Source of the DNA: Malacoraja senta
Lineage: Eukaryota
DNA: 64,000 nt
Reading direction: 5' to 3'
NCBI GenBank assembly: GCA_038087875.1
Contig: CM075987.1
Span: forward strand, 25,856,001 to 25,920,000
A program made the translations under genes and the position numbers. Each line of letters opens with the position of its first letter. Within the stretch, counting starts at the first letter, position 1. Below are positions 48,814 through 62,338 of this stretch, one piece after another. The notes below the pieces were generated by a model. That model had not been told where the DNA came from, did not search any database, and saw nothing but the letters and a program-made list of their open reading frames with translations.

Positions 48814-49120
48814 GGGTGGCCACGGTGGTGCAACGGTAGAGTTGCTGCCTTACAGCGCTTGCAGCTCCGGAGACCCGGGTTCGATCCCAACTACAGGTGC
48901 TGTCTGTACGGAGTTTGTACGTTCTCCCTGTGACCGCGTGGGTTTCCTCCGAGATCTTCTGTTTCCTTCCACACTCCAAAGGCGTACAGGTTTGTAGGTT
49001 ATTTGGCTTGGTGCATGTGTAAATTGTCCCTAGTGTGTGTAGGATAGTGTTAATGTGCGGGGATCGCCGGTCAGTGCGGACTCAGTTTCCGCCCCGTATC
49101 TCTAAACTGATCTAAACTAA
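48814..49120 (+). mobile_element. HE1-like V-SINE
   Basis: A/B boxes, V domain and tail. Another copy lies at 49418-49748. Confidence 0.85.
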
Positions 49121-50934
49121 ATTATCATTACGGTTGAGGGACCTAGTTACGATCCTCAGTGATATTTTCTGTTCTGTCTTTCAGCTTTACCCAACCTATT
49201 CTGAATCACTTGTCGGAAGGAACTGCAGATGCCAAAGACTGACACAAAATGCTGGAGTAAGTTTAAGGCAGAGATATATAGATTCTTGACTAGTACAGGT
49301 GTCAGAGGTTATGGGGAGAAGGCAGGAGAATGGGGTTAGGAGAGATAGACCAGCCATGATTGAATGGCAAAGTATTATTTTCCCCTGCTTTGAATGTAGT
49401 ACATGATGCACCCTAAAGGGCAGCAAGGTGGTGCAGCGGTAGAGTTGCTGCCTTCCAGTGCCAGAGACCCGGGCTCGATCCTGACTAAGGGTGCTGTCTG
49501 TACGGAAGTTTGCACGTTCTCCCCGTGACCATGTGGGTTTTCACCAGGTGCTCCGGTTTCCCCCCACATTCCAAAAACATGCAGGTTTGTTGGTTAATTG
49601 TCGGTTCTGCAAATTGCCCCTAGTGTGTAGGGTAGAACTAGTATACGGGGTGATCGCTGGTCGGCGCGGGCTTGGTGGGCTGAAGGGCCTGTTTCCACGC
49701 TGTATCGGTAAACTAAACTAAACTAAACTAAACTAAGCTAAACTAAACACTAAAGGACAAAAAATGCTGGAGTCTCAGGTTGAGACTCTTCATTAATAAT
49801 ATTTGCAAAGACTGTCCCTTCTTGATGGATTATCTTCACTCATTTTACTACTTCATGTTATCATTTTGCATTGCTGCCAACATTGGGTGAGAGTTGAGAG
49901 TGAGAAGTTGCGAGGGAGCGTAGCGACTGGGGGGGGGGGTGAGGGTGTGGGAGGGGGTGTTCCCCCTCCCACGGTAGGGAGCTTTTGCATTTTTCAGCTT
50001 GAAATTGTGCAATCTGGTGCATACTGTAGCGAGTCTTTTAACTTGCATTTGAATGCAACATTTACGCTTTAAATTGCATTAGGTATGAATAAGGTTAGGC
50101 TAAATTACATTCCTAATTACATTCCACAATAGAGACACGCTCTGATCAACAGGTGCAGCACATGAATGACTGTATTCATATATGGAAATCAGATTATATT
50201 CATGCTGTTATGCATATATATATATAGAAAGAAACTCAGAGAAACAAAGCAAAAGTCGGACTTCCATCACTGTTCTGCACAAATAAATCAATCAACCTTG
50301 TTCAAGAAGGAACTACAGATGCTGGAGAATCGAAGCTAGACAAAATTGCTGGGGAAACTCAGCGGGTGCGGCAGCATCTATGGAGCGAAGGAAATACGCA
50401 ATGTTTCGGGCCGAAACCCTTCTTCAGACGGTTTCAACCTTACCCTTTGCAGGGACCCTGCACTTCTTTCGGATATGGGAGAAACCAGAATATCCAGAGA
50501 AAACCCATGTGGCAGTAAGGCAGCAACTCTACCACTGCGCCTCCGTGCCACCCCATTAAATTATTTTTTCTGTAATATATTTATTATGGTGTCACGTGAA
50601 TAAAGATGAACACATGATTCTTATTTCTGCCCTTAGTTGGATAACACACATGTCCAGTCATTGTGTTTTATGGCTGGTTTTCAACCTCTTCAGGCTGAAG
50701 GTCTCGACTCGAAACATCACCCATTTTACTTCGGAGTCACGTGAGTGACTACGTGAAGAACCCCGCCAGTGCGCCTGCGCGTCATTACGTCAGACGCCTT
50801 GACGCAAACGGATGTGAGGAGCAGTGCTCCTCGAGTGGTTTGTAGGTTTTCAACTACAAGGTAAGTAAAAACTTTTTTACAGGTTTTCCAGGTCCGTTTA
50901 CTGCGGGTCTATGGCGATTTTTTCCACAGACGCC

Positions 50935-53900
50935 ATGGAAAAAACGGACAGGGGGAAGAGGCGAGCGACACAGCCGACAGAAGTCGGGAAAGTCGGGAGT
51001 CCGCGGTTAGAGACCAACCGCCTCTAAACCCCGGTACAGCCGCCAGCGGTGAGCATAGCGACTGTGGACCTGGGGCTGGTGAAAACACAGTCAGCGCCTG
51101 TCGGGCAAAAGACAAAGATTAAATCCCAACAGAGGGAGTCCCAGGCAATGAAGAAGCTCCAGGGCTAGATACTGCTTTAGAGCGTATTGCCCAAATAGAA
51201 AGCCTTTTACACAGGCTGTTGGAGCAAAGTTCACTCAGGGAGGAGTGTTCTGAAAGCCAAGCTGCTGGAAACAGCTCAAACAGCTCCTGGTACAGGGCTA
51301 GATACTGCTTTCGAGCGTATTGCCCAAATAGAAGCCTTTTTCATAGGTTGTTGGAGCAAAAGTTCACTCAGGAAGGAGTGTACTGTAATCCAAGCTGCAG
51401 GAGCAGCTTAACAGCACCTGGCTCAGGGCTGATGGAATGCACCCTCAGGAATGAGGAGCGTGCTACGGGTCATGAGATTTCAGACCCCGACTCTGACGGT
51501 GAGGCTGTACAAGGCGATGAAAGGCAGCTGCCAGATGTTCCACCCCTGGTAGTAGGATTCGCTGCCCCGTCAGGGTCGGGAGAGCTATTAGGAAGAACTG
51601 GCCTCCTTAATAAATTACTTGGTTTACCATTAGCTGGAACAGCATGAAATGGATGAGACTGCAAGAGTATCTGGAATCAGTTGCAGAGAATATTAAAGCT
51701 GCTGGGTTCTGGAATAACTGCTTTTACCAGAATAGCAGGTAACAACCAAAAGATGACGAAGTTGCATCAGCAAGCACTGGGGTTGCTATGCAGCACCCAC
51801 TTCGAGAAGTGCTATACGGTCTACTATGAATCCGAAATTCGCAGCACTCTGCAAACCAAGTAATATACAAATTACCCAACTTACTCTTTGGAGAGATCTC
51901 GGGAGACGTATTAAAGAGTTGGAAGATGAAGCGAAAACAGGATTGATGAAGACATCAATGGTTGTGAAGTCTGTAAAGAGGAAGTATCCTTTCAGACGTC
52001 ATACGGATCCTGGACCAAGTCGCTCATCAACGCAGGGACGTAGTTGGCGGCCTGCAGCGGGAGCAAGAACCAGTGGGCGTGCTTCCGGGAGAACCCAGGA
52101 ATCTCAGGGTACTCAATTGACTCAAGAGGTAGGTGGACCTGGTTCTCATGGGAACATACTAACTGGATTAAGTCCAAAAGTTGGAGGCAGGTTACATTTC
52201 TTCTATAATAATTGGAAGAAAATTACTTCAGATGTGGTAATCCTGAATAATATACAAGGATTTCGAATTGAATTCAATCCAAATTATGATTTGCCTGTTC
52301 AGCATGTTCCTAGCCGAACTCTGCACTTTGTACAAAAAGAAGTGATGGAGGTTCAGGTTGCAATTGAAATCCTATATAAAAAAGGGGTTATTGAAAAATC
52401 AGTCTACCAAAGTCACCAATTTGTGTCAAATATATTCCCTCGATCAAAAAAGGATGGAGGATGTAGGATTCTTGTAGATTTGATAAATCTGAATCCTTTT
52501 GTGCAATTTAGACATTTTAAAATGGAAACATTTGTGACTGCCAAACAGCTTATTTCAGAAGCATGTTATATGGCAACTATAGACTTGAAAGATGCATATT
52601 ATTCAGTGTCTGTTCATTCAGAAGATAGGAAGTATCTTAAATTTAAATGGATGAACCAGTTGTGGCAGTTCAAAGCTCTGCCTAATGGGTTAATATCTGC
52701 ACCCAGAATATTCACAAAAATTGTTAAAACCAATTCTGGGCTTGCTGAGTAGCCAGGGGCATGTACTAATGGCATATTTGGATGATGTCTTGATTATAGG
52801 AAAGACAAAACAGTCAACAGAAGTATCTGTTGCATTTGTGAAATCAACTTTTGAAAATTTGGGGTTTCTAATTCATCCACAGAAATCTAGGTTAACACCA
52901 TGTACCTCTATTAATTATTTGGGGTTCACAATTGATTCAGTCCAAATGAATATCACTTTGCCCAGGGAAAAGGGTGGATTTGATTAAAGATTGCAGTAAT
53001 CTCCTAAACGAACAAAAACCTTCAATTAGACAGGTGGCTCGTGTACTGGGAAAATTAGTAGCAGCATTCCCAGCAGTCCAATTCGGACCATTACATTATC
53101 AACAGCTGCAGAGACTTAAAGAACAGGCACCGAGAATGCATGTTGGTCATTTTGATAGAACCATGCAACTAACAACAAATGCTGTTTCTGATCTGCAGTG
53201 GTGGATTCTACATGTCTCAAGCAGTTCCAGCAAAGTGCTGATTGAACAACCTTCCATGATATTACAAACTGATGCCAGTGCACCAGGATGGGGTGCAACT
53301 GACTTAACATCTAGCTGAGGAGGCAGATGGAATCAGGAAGAGTCATTGTTACTGCAGACATGGGGAATTAACTATTTGGAGCTTCTAGGATGTTTCTATG
53401 GGCTCCAAGCTTATTGTTCTAACACAACTAATAAGCATGTTCAAGTTCAAATTGATAACACAACAGTGGTTGTTTATATTAATGATATGGAATTAAGTCG
53501 GTGTCTTGTGACAAAATGGTTAATCAACTTTGGGCTTGGTGTATTGAAAAGAACATTTGGATTTCAGCTATCTATCTACCAGGCAGAATGAACGATAGCA
53601 GACACCAAGTCACGAGAAGTTCCATGATAATAAAGAATGGATGTTGAATCAAGAGGTATTCAATGATATAGTCATCAGATTTGGAATGACCGACATCGAC
53701 TTGAATCATCAGCTATCGAGATATGTCTCATGGAAACCAGATCCAGGAGCAGTGGCGATTGATGCTTTCTCGCTACATTGGGGTGGTATGTTTTCATATA
53801 TATTTCCACCTTTCTGCCTCATAAGCCAATGTTTGCTTAAAATCAGGCAAGATGCTGCTTCAAGGGTATTGGTAGTACCAGATTGGCCTATACAGCCATG

Positions 53901-54035
53901 GTATCTGTTGATATTAGAATTAACAACACAAATGTTGATGAAAGTCCCAAAAAAGAGTAATTTATTGCTGCACCCTGTACAGGGGAACAACATCCATTAT
54001 ATGATCGTTTGGATTTGTTGATTTGCAGGTTTTAA
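50935..54035 (+). pseudogene. DIRS B gag-RT-RNase H-methyltransferase region, disrupted
   Basis: HFKMETF, IDLKDAYY, AYLDDVL, TDASAPGWG, INYLEL, DNTT, AIDAFSLHW...FPPF; multiple frameshifts and stops. Confidence 0.9.
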
Positions 54036-55000
54036 GAATGCCTTTTCTGGGACGAGGACTGTCTGAGCATACTGTGGACATGCTTACGGCAGCCTGGAGG
54101 AAGAGCACTCAAAAACAGTACCTTTCTTATATTAAGAAATGGGAAAAGTTCTGGGTACAAAAGAATGTGCAATAAAGTACTGCAGATATTTCAAATGTTT
54201 AGAATTTCTGTCAAAACTTTATTATGATGAAGGTCTGAGTTATAGTGTAATTAATTCAGCCAGAAGTGCATTGTCCTCATATTTGGTTCTGGATTCAGAA
54301 AGAAACTCAATTGGGTCACACCCAATTGTTTCCAGACTAATGAAAGGAATCTTTAATTCCAAACCACCGAAACCTAGGTACGTGACAATCTGGGATGTAA
54401 GTGTGGTACTGAAACTACTTCGTGATGGTTATCAAGTGTGTCTTTACCTTTGGTCAAGCTCAGTATGAAAGTATTCATGTTTATGGCATGAGTGACAGCA
54501 CAACGAGTGCAAACACTTGGAAAATTACAAATAGATACTATGGAAGTAACTGAAGACAAGGTTACATTCTATATCTATGACCTAATAAAGCAAATTAGGC
54601 CAGGTGTGACAGGATTTAAAATTATGCTGGCAGCATATCCAAATGATCCATGTCTTTGTATTAAGACATATTTATTACAATACATTGAGGTCACAAAGAA
54701 TTTGAGAATACGGAAACTGGGTTTTTGATCACACACAAGAAACCACACAAGAGAGTTTCAATACAGACTATTTCCAGATGGATAAAAGAAGTCTTAACAG
54801 CTGCTGGTATTAACACTTATGTTTTTACGTCTCACTCGACTAGGGCAGCAGAAATGTCGGCGGCCAGGGCAAAAGACGGCCCCGTCGACCATATCCTCGC
54901 AGCCGCCGGGTGGTCCAATGAGTTGATGTTTCAACATTTTTACCATCGGCCTATTGTTAATGCGGGGTTGTTTGCAGAAACTATTTTAAGTTCTGTGTAA
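54029..55000 (+). pseudogene. DIRS B tyrosine recombinase, frameshifted
   Basis: AAWRKSTQKQY, LSYSVINSARSALS, TAQRVQTL, HSTRAA, AAGW...F..FYHRP. Confidence 0.9.
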
Positions 55001-56349
55001 ATTCCTCTGGTTTAAAGGGGATCTGATTCATTTCATTCTTGAAATGAATTACTGCATTTGTGGTACAAATGTTATTATGAATGCATGATTGATTATTCTC
55101 GTTCCGAGTCAATCTATGCAGTGAGAAGCCGGGATTGATCCACGGCATGAAATCACAAAGCTTTAAAATCTTCACGTAGTTACTCACGTGATTCCGAAGT
55201 AAAATAGTAAGATTAAACGAGAACTTACCTAAGTTTGAAGTTTGATCTTTATTTTATGAGGAGTTACGTAGGTGATTACGTGCCCGCCACGACCCTACCC
55301 TCTATCATAAAGGTCAGATGGAAGTTCTTGTATTACTCGTTTTAGTATGAGACTATATTACTTCGGTTCTTGTTTTTTGTGATTTCACACCGCTGCTTTG
55401 AAGATTGACGCGCAGGCGCACTGGTGGGGTTCTTCACGTAATCACCTACGTAACTCCTCATAAAGTAAAGATCAAACTTCAAACTTAGGTAAGTTCTCGT
55501 TTAATCTTACTATTCTTTCTCTCCAGAGATGCTGCCTGTCCTGCTGAGTTTTTCTAGTTTTTAGTGTCTATCTTCAGTTTAAACCAGCATCTGCAATTCC
55601 TTCCTACACTATTTGTTAAGCAAAACAGGTCCTATTGTCATTATATAATGTTGTGATCAGCGTGAGAGCATGAGAGTTTTGTGAAATGCGTGAGTCTCAC
55701 GCTTAATGCGTGCGAGTTGGCAGCCCTGCTAATAATGCAAACATTTTATGCAAGTTGCAATTGTTTGGACAAAAATCACTTATTACTGCTTTATAACAGT
55801 TAAGTTACATTAAGACCATTTCAGAAATTATGGCAGTCAACAAAAAATCAACTAACAAATTAAAGCAAATTAAAAGAAAATAACATGTTCCCTTTCCTGA
55901 CTCTACCTCATAAGTACTTTAACGCTGTTAACAGAGCAAAGGGATATTAATCTCAAGAATCAAAATGGGGAAAGTGAGGGCAATTTTGTTTAAATGGTCA
56001 TTCTAAGCCCATTCAGATCTGCATAGAGTCAGAGTTATACAACATGTACATGGCTGGCCCAATTTGTCCATAATGATCAAGTTGGCATTCTGCGTGCCCA
56101 GGGACTGGCTGCCGTTCCCAGATCAGCTCACGTCCCAGGGACTGGCTGCAGTTCTCAGGTCGGCTTGCCTGCCCCGACCCCGTGAAAACGAATTGAAAAC
56201 CCCCCCGCGGTTTTTCAGGTTACGGGTCGGATTCGGCCCGTGTGCCGTAGGTTGCCGAACCCTGTCCTAGATGTTTGGCCTCATTGTGGTCCCCGCCCAT
56301 GTTTTACAACCAATTCACCTGGTTAGTTCTATCTCCGGCTGCTTCATGT

Positions 56350-56631
56350 TGTCGGCGGCTGCACATCCAACCAAGAAAGAAGAGAAGAGAAGAGATGCAA
56401 CGTCACTCACAGCCGCCAACTGACGCACTTCCCCAGACTGCACAGATCGCTGTGATGTGGCGCAATAGAGACAAACTGTGCAGGGACTGAAGACAGCGTG
56501 AGAATTCTGTCATCAGCGTGAGCATTATCTGAAATGCATGACTCTCACGCTCAAAGTGTGAGTGTTGGCAGCCCTGTCTAAGGCCAGGATGTGACAACAG
56601 ACACACAGGGAGACACATACACAAAGGAAGA

Positions 56632-56674
<43 letters not shown>

Positions 56675-58063
56675 CACACGCACACGCACACGCACACGCA
56701 CACGCACACGCACACGCACACGCACACGCACACGCACACACAGACACGCACACACACAGGGAGACACACATACACAGGAAGACACACACACACAAGGAGA
56801 TACACACACACAGGGAGACACACACACACAGGGAGACACACACACACAGGGAGACACCGACACACAGACACACACACACACACACAGGGAGACACACACA
56901 CACTGGGAGACACACACACACAGGGAGACACACACACACAGGGAGACACACACACACAGGGAGACACACACACACAGGGAGACACACACAGGGAGACAGA
57001 CACACAAACACACACACACACACAGGGAGACACAGACACACACACACACACAAGGAGACACACACAAGGAGACAGACACACAAGCACACACACACACACA
57101 CAGGGAGACACACACACACAGGGAGACACACACACACAGGGAGACACACACACACAGGGAGACACACACAGGGAGACAGACACACAAGCACACACACACA
57201 CACAGGAGACACAGACACACACACACACACAAGGAGACACACACAAGGAGACAGACACACAAGCACACACACACACACACAGGGAGACACACACACACAC
57301 AAGGAGACACACACAAGGAGACAGACACACAAGCACACACACACACACACAGGGAGACACACACACACAGGGAGACACACACACACACAGGGAGACACAC
57401 ACACACAAGGAGACACACACAAGGAGACAGACACACAAGCGCACACACACACACACCTTTTCTTCCCCCTCCCTCCATCCACCCCTTCCTCCCTCCTGCC
57501 CCCATCCTTCCCTCTTTCCTCCCCCTCCCTCTTTCTCCACTTTCTCCTTTCCTTCCTTCATCCCCTTTCTACATTCCCTCCCCTTGTCTCTCTTTGCCTC
57601 CATCCCTCCTTTTTTCCTTTCCCTCTCTCTCTCTCTCTCTCTCTTTCCCCCCTTCCTCTCTCTCCGGCCGCCCAATGGGGAGTCTGGCGGGCATGGTGTA
57701 GCGTGGATTGGCGACGCTGGCGTTGCCGTGTGAGTTGAAGGGCAGGAGGGAGGGAGGGAGGGAGGGAGGGAGGGAGCGAGGCTGCAGCGGCGGCCGGCAG
57801 CGCAGCGCTCACAGCCGGCACGTAGAGCTGCTGACACCCGCCCGGCGGCTGCACATCCAACCAAGACAGAAGAGACGCGACGTCACTCACAGCCGGCAAC
57901 CGACGCGCTTCCCCAGACCGTGCAGATCCCTGGCACGCGGCGCAAAGGGACAAACTGTGCAGGGACTGAACTCAGCGCGAGAACTCGGTCATGAGCGTGA
58001 GGGCGTGAGAATTTGCTCCAAGACGTGATTCTCACGATGAAAGCGTGAGAGTTGGCAGCCCTG
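56350..58063. mobile_element. hAT-like terminal segments in direct repeat (56350-56576, 57843-58063)
   Basis: Both end in gttggcagccctg with (g)cgtgaga subterminal motifs; a third such end is at 55728. Confidence 0.55.
56597..57456. repeat. compound CA-based micro/minisatellite ((CA)n, (CACACG)n, (CA)nGGGAGA), followed by a CT-rich tract
   Basis: Read directly from the sequence. Confidence 0.95.
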
Positions 58064-60045
58064 ATTATGTCCTTTTTTTTTCCTGCAGTCATCCACTCAA
58101 GATTCTAGAAACTCATACGTGTAAGACAAAGGATGGACAGATGCATCTTTCGTGCAGTCTCACTGTCGCACAGAGTCACACCTCTTATTCCTCCACCCAG
58201 AACGCTTCTACAATATTAAATTTAAGTTATATAAGAGCTTCCAGGAATCAAAGTATCCAAAGACCGACAACAGATCGACACAAAATGCCGGAATAACTCA
58301 GCGGGACAGGCAGCATCTCTGGAGAGAAGGATAGGTGATGTTTCGGGTCGAGACCCTTCTTCAGACTGAATCGGAGGGGGGGGGGGGGGGGGGGGAGGGA
58401 GATACAGAGATAAGGAAATGTAAGGTGTGAAAATGAGACAAAGTGGATGGAGATCAAGGAAAATGTAAAATAGATCATTCTTGGCGAGGAGAAGTTAACA
58501 ACAAAGCAAGCAGAGGTGTAATGTAAACAAGGACAGTCAGACTGGTCGGAGAACTGGGAAGGGGGAGGGATGGAGTGAAAGATACAGCGTGGAAACCAGC
58601 TCTTTGTCCTACTGAGTCCATGCCGACCAGTGATCTCCCGGTACGCTAGTTCTACCTTACACGCCAGGGACAATTTTACCGAAGCTAATTATCCTACAAA
58701 CCTGCACGTCTTTGGAGTGTGGGAGGAAACCAGAGCACCCGGAGAAAACCCACGCTGTCACAGGCAGAACGTACAGACAGCACCCGGTCAGGATCGAACC
58801 CGGGCCTCTGGCGCTGTGAGGCAGCAACTCTACCGCTGCGCCACCGTGCCGATGTAAGGTGATATTTTAACGTAATAATTACTTGAGATTGGTTCATGTT
58901 GAGTTGTAAGATCAATTTAATTACATGTGTAAAATATGGTAAATCCACGGGCAGAAGGTACAAACTCCGTACAAACAGCTGCCATAGTCAGGATCGAACC
59001 CGGGTCTCTGGCGCTGGAAGGCAGCGACTCTACCACCACGCCACTGTGCCACCCTGCATTAAAGAATACGGCAATGTAGTGACTATCCTGTGCATAGGGC
59101 AGTAAAAGTTGGTCACGGTATAAATATTGTCCAGAAAATGAAGGCATTTTGCAAAAAGTCCCAAGGATTGTCTACCTAAGTGGGTATACAGTACGTGGCT
59201 TCAGTTTAACACCTTGTTCAGCAGAAGTCAGCTCAGACCACTGCACTGCCCAGATTATGTTCTCAAATCCCTCGAGTGTGGGATGGGTCGATGATGTTCT
59301 CACGCTGAGACCACCATTGAACTGTGGCTACCAACGCCTATGTACAAAGAATGAAATGAACTGTGTTGTACTTTAATCCTATCACGCTCAGCTAAGCCCT
59401 GCAAAATAAAAAAAAATGACAAATGAAGAGCGCGTTGGAAAGAATTAATCCAGCAAGCGGTTTCTCAATTGGAATAAATGTGTTGCACACATCACTGTGT
59501 TGAAAAATAAAGCTGGAGCCATCAGTGCATAAAAGTCCCAAATACTCTTGGAAGAGTCATCTGTCTGTAAGTCAACAATTGATAACCTTGCTGCAGGGTT
59601 TGTAACAATTGAATAATGTTCTCAAATTAGCAATGTACTGAAATGTATTCTCAAAATACACAGTCCATTTATTTTATTCAATGTCGCCCCTCACTGCCGC
59701 AACAAAACATCTTAGGACTCAAAGTGCTGGAGTAGACAAAAGTGCTGGAGAAACTCAGCGGGTGCAGCAGCATCTATGGAGCGAAGGAGATAGGCCAATG
59801 TTTCAGACTGACAGTCCTCAGTTCCCCACAATCCTCAATACTTCTCAAGGGGTTGAAGGAGAAGAGAAATAAAGACACAAGGTTAACATTTTTTAAATTG
59901 AAACTATTTTTCAACCAGAAGTCAGTCAAAGCAACCAGGTGCGGGGATGAAGGGGCAAGAACAGAAGAGTTCTGGTTCATCTGACGTTTACGGAGAGTAG
60001 AATGTAAAAGGGACTGTGTCTTCCCAGCTGTTATCTGACAACTTA

Positions 60046-60360
60046 GGGCGGCACGGTGGCACTGTGGTAGAGTTGCTGCCTTACAGCGCCAGAGACCCGG
60101 GTTTGATCCTGACTACGGGCGCTGTCTGTAAGGAGTTTGTATGTTCTCCCTGTGACCTGCCTGGCTTTTCCCTGGGTGCTCAGGTTTCCTCCCACACTCC
60201 AAAGACGTACAGGTTTGTAAGTTAATTGGCTTGGTATAAATGTAAATTGTCCCCAGTGTGTGTGTAGGGTAGTGGTAGTGTGCGGGGATCGCTGGTCGGC
60301 GCGGACTCGGTGGGCCGAAGGGCCCGTTTCCGTGCTGTATCTCTAAACTAAACTAAGTTA
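60046..60360 (+). mobile_element. HE1-like V-SINE nested in a Rex1-like 3' end
   Basis: Full SINE lying between ttcccagctgttatctgacaact and aactatcctaccaacaactaga. Confidence 0.85.
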
Positions 60361-61209
60361 AACTGAACTATCCTACCAACAACTAGATAGCAGTCCTGAA
60401 CTATTATCTATCTCATTGGAGACCCTTGGATTATCTCTGATCGGACTTTATCTTGTACTAAATATTATTCACATTGTTCCCATTACCATGTGGATTGCTC
60501 GAGTGTAATCATGTGTAGTCTTCCCGCTGACTGGTTAGCGAGCAACACAAGCTTCTCACTGTACCTTGGTACACGTGACAATAAACTAAACTCAATCTCA
60601 AACTCAGGACTGCATTGGACTTGTCAAGTCTTGAGGTAATACATTTAATCCAGGCTCTGATCTGATTAAGAATACTTAATTGAAAATTTCTTCATTAAAA
60701 AACAATTAAATCTGGGGAAGTTAATTAAGCACAAGTCTTTTGGAAGCCCAAGGACTGGAATGTAAAGTGCTAAAATGATGAACTAGAGTTCTTTGTGGTC
60801 ATGACGTTGAGATTCATGTTAGTTTATTGTCATGTACACCAGGGTGCAATGAAATGTTGTGTTCAATTAAGCTCTGAGAGAAACCAGTAGACATACAGAA
60901 TTGTATAGGAAGGAACTGCAGGTGCTGGTTTACACTGAAGATAGACACAAAAAGCTGCAGTAACTCAGCGGGCTTTAAGAATAAGGGGTGGGCCATGTAG
61001 GACTAAGATGAGGAAAAACATTTTCATCAAGAGAGTTGTGAATCTGTGGAATTCTCTGCCAAACCTACAAACATGTACGTCTTTGGAGTGTGGGAGGAAA
61101 CTGAAGTTCTCGGAGAAAACCCACGCAGGTCACAGGGAGAACGTTCAAACCCCATACAGATAGCACCCGTAGTCGGGATCGAATCCTGAAACACTTCATT
61201 CTGGATTAT

Positions 61210-62100
61210 AGAGTCATAGTCATAGAGTGATATAGTGTGGAAACAGGCTCTTTGGCCCAACTTGACCACACCGGCCAACATGCACCAGCTACACTAATCC
61301 TACCTGCAACCGTGTTTGGTCCATATCCCTCCAAACCTGTCCTATCCATGTACCTGTCTAACTGTTTCTTAATGATGGGATAGTCGCAGCCTCAACTACC
61401 TCCTCCGGCAGCTTGTTCCATACACCCACCACCCTTGGTGTGAAAAAGTTACGAAAAAGTGTGAAAAGCTTCGCTTTGAACCTATGTCCACCAGTCCTCG
61501 ATTCACCTACTCTGGGCAAGACACCGTGCATCTACCTGATCTATTCCTCTCATGATGTTGTACACCTCTTTAAGATCAGCCCTCATCCTCCTGTGCTCCA
61601 AGGAATAGAGACCCAGCCTACTCAACCTCTCCCTATAGCTCACACCTTCTAGTCCTGGCAACAGCCTCATAAATCTTTTCTGAACTCTTTCAAGCTTGAT
61701 AATATCAATAGACAATAGACAATAGACAATAGACAATAGGTGCAGGAGTAGGCCATTCGGCCCTTTGAGCCAGCACCGTCATTCAATGTGATCATGGCTG
61801 ATCATCCCCAATCAGTACCCCGTTCCTGCCTTCTCCCCATATCCACTGACTCCGCTATTTTTAAGAGCCCTATCTAGCTCTCTCTTGAAAGCATCCAGAG
61901 AACCTGCCTCCACCGCCCTCTGAGGCAGAGAATTCCACAGACTCACCACTCTCTGTGAGAAAAAGTGTTTCCTCGTCCCCCTTCTAAATAGCTCACTCCT
62001 TATTCTTAAACTGTGGCCCCTGGTTCTGGAATCTGGTATCTTTCCTATAACATGGTGCCCAGAACTGAACACAATATTCTAAATGCGGTAATGGGCTAAC
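61210..62100 (-). mobile_element. nested CR1 3' fragments of two subfamilies
   Basis: KLERVQKRFMRLLPGLEG; inner copy 61706-62032 with a (ctattgt)n tail. Confidence 0.85.
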
Positions 62101-62138
62101 TTTGCATGGCACTTCAAGCACCAGTGGAGTAAGTTCAT

Positions 62139-62338
62139 NNNNNNNNNNNNNNNNNNNNNNNNNNNNNNNNNNNNNNNNNNNNNNNNNNNNNNNNNNNNNN
62201 NNNNNNNNNNNNNNNNNNNNNNNNNNNNNNNNNNNNNNNNNNNNNNNNNNNNNNNNNNNNNNNNNNNNNNNNNNNNNNNNNNNNNNNNNNNNNNNNNNNN
62301 NNNNNNNNNNNNNNNNNNNNNNNNNNNNNNNNNNNNNN
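62139..62338. other. assembly gap (200 N)
   Basis: Run of exactly 200 N. Confidence 1.

Larger units (their letters stand above)
50724..55512 (+). mobile_element. DIRS1-type tyrosine recombinase retrotransposon, copy B, both termini complete
   Basis: Left ITR 50724-50784, ICR 55170-55282, right ITR and extension 55406-55512. Splits a PLTR repeat (gaaacatcacccatt / attctttctctccagagatg). Confidence 0.95.

Noticed and set aside
56403..57864. Long ORFs of 326-428 aa (CVCV / THTH)
   Set aside because: They are translations of the CA-based satellite and are open in several frames on both strands.
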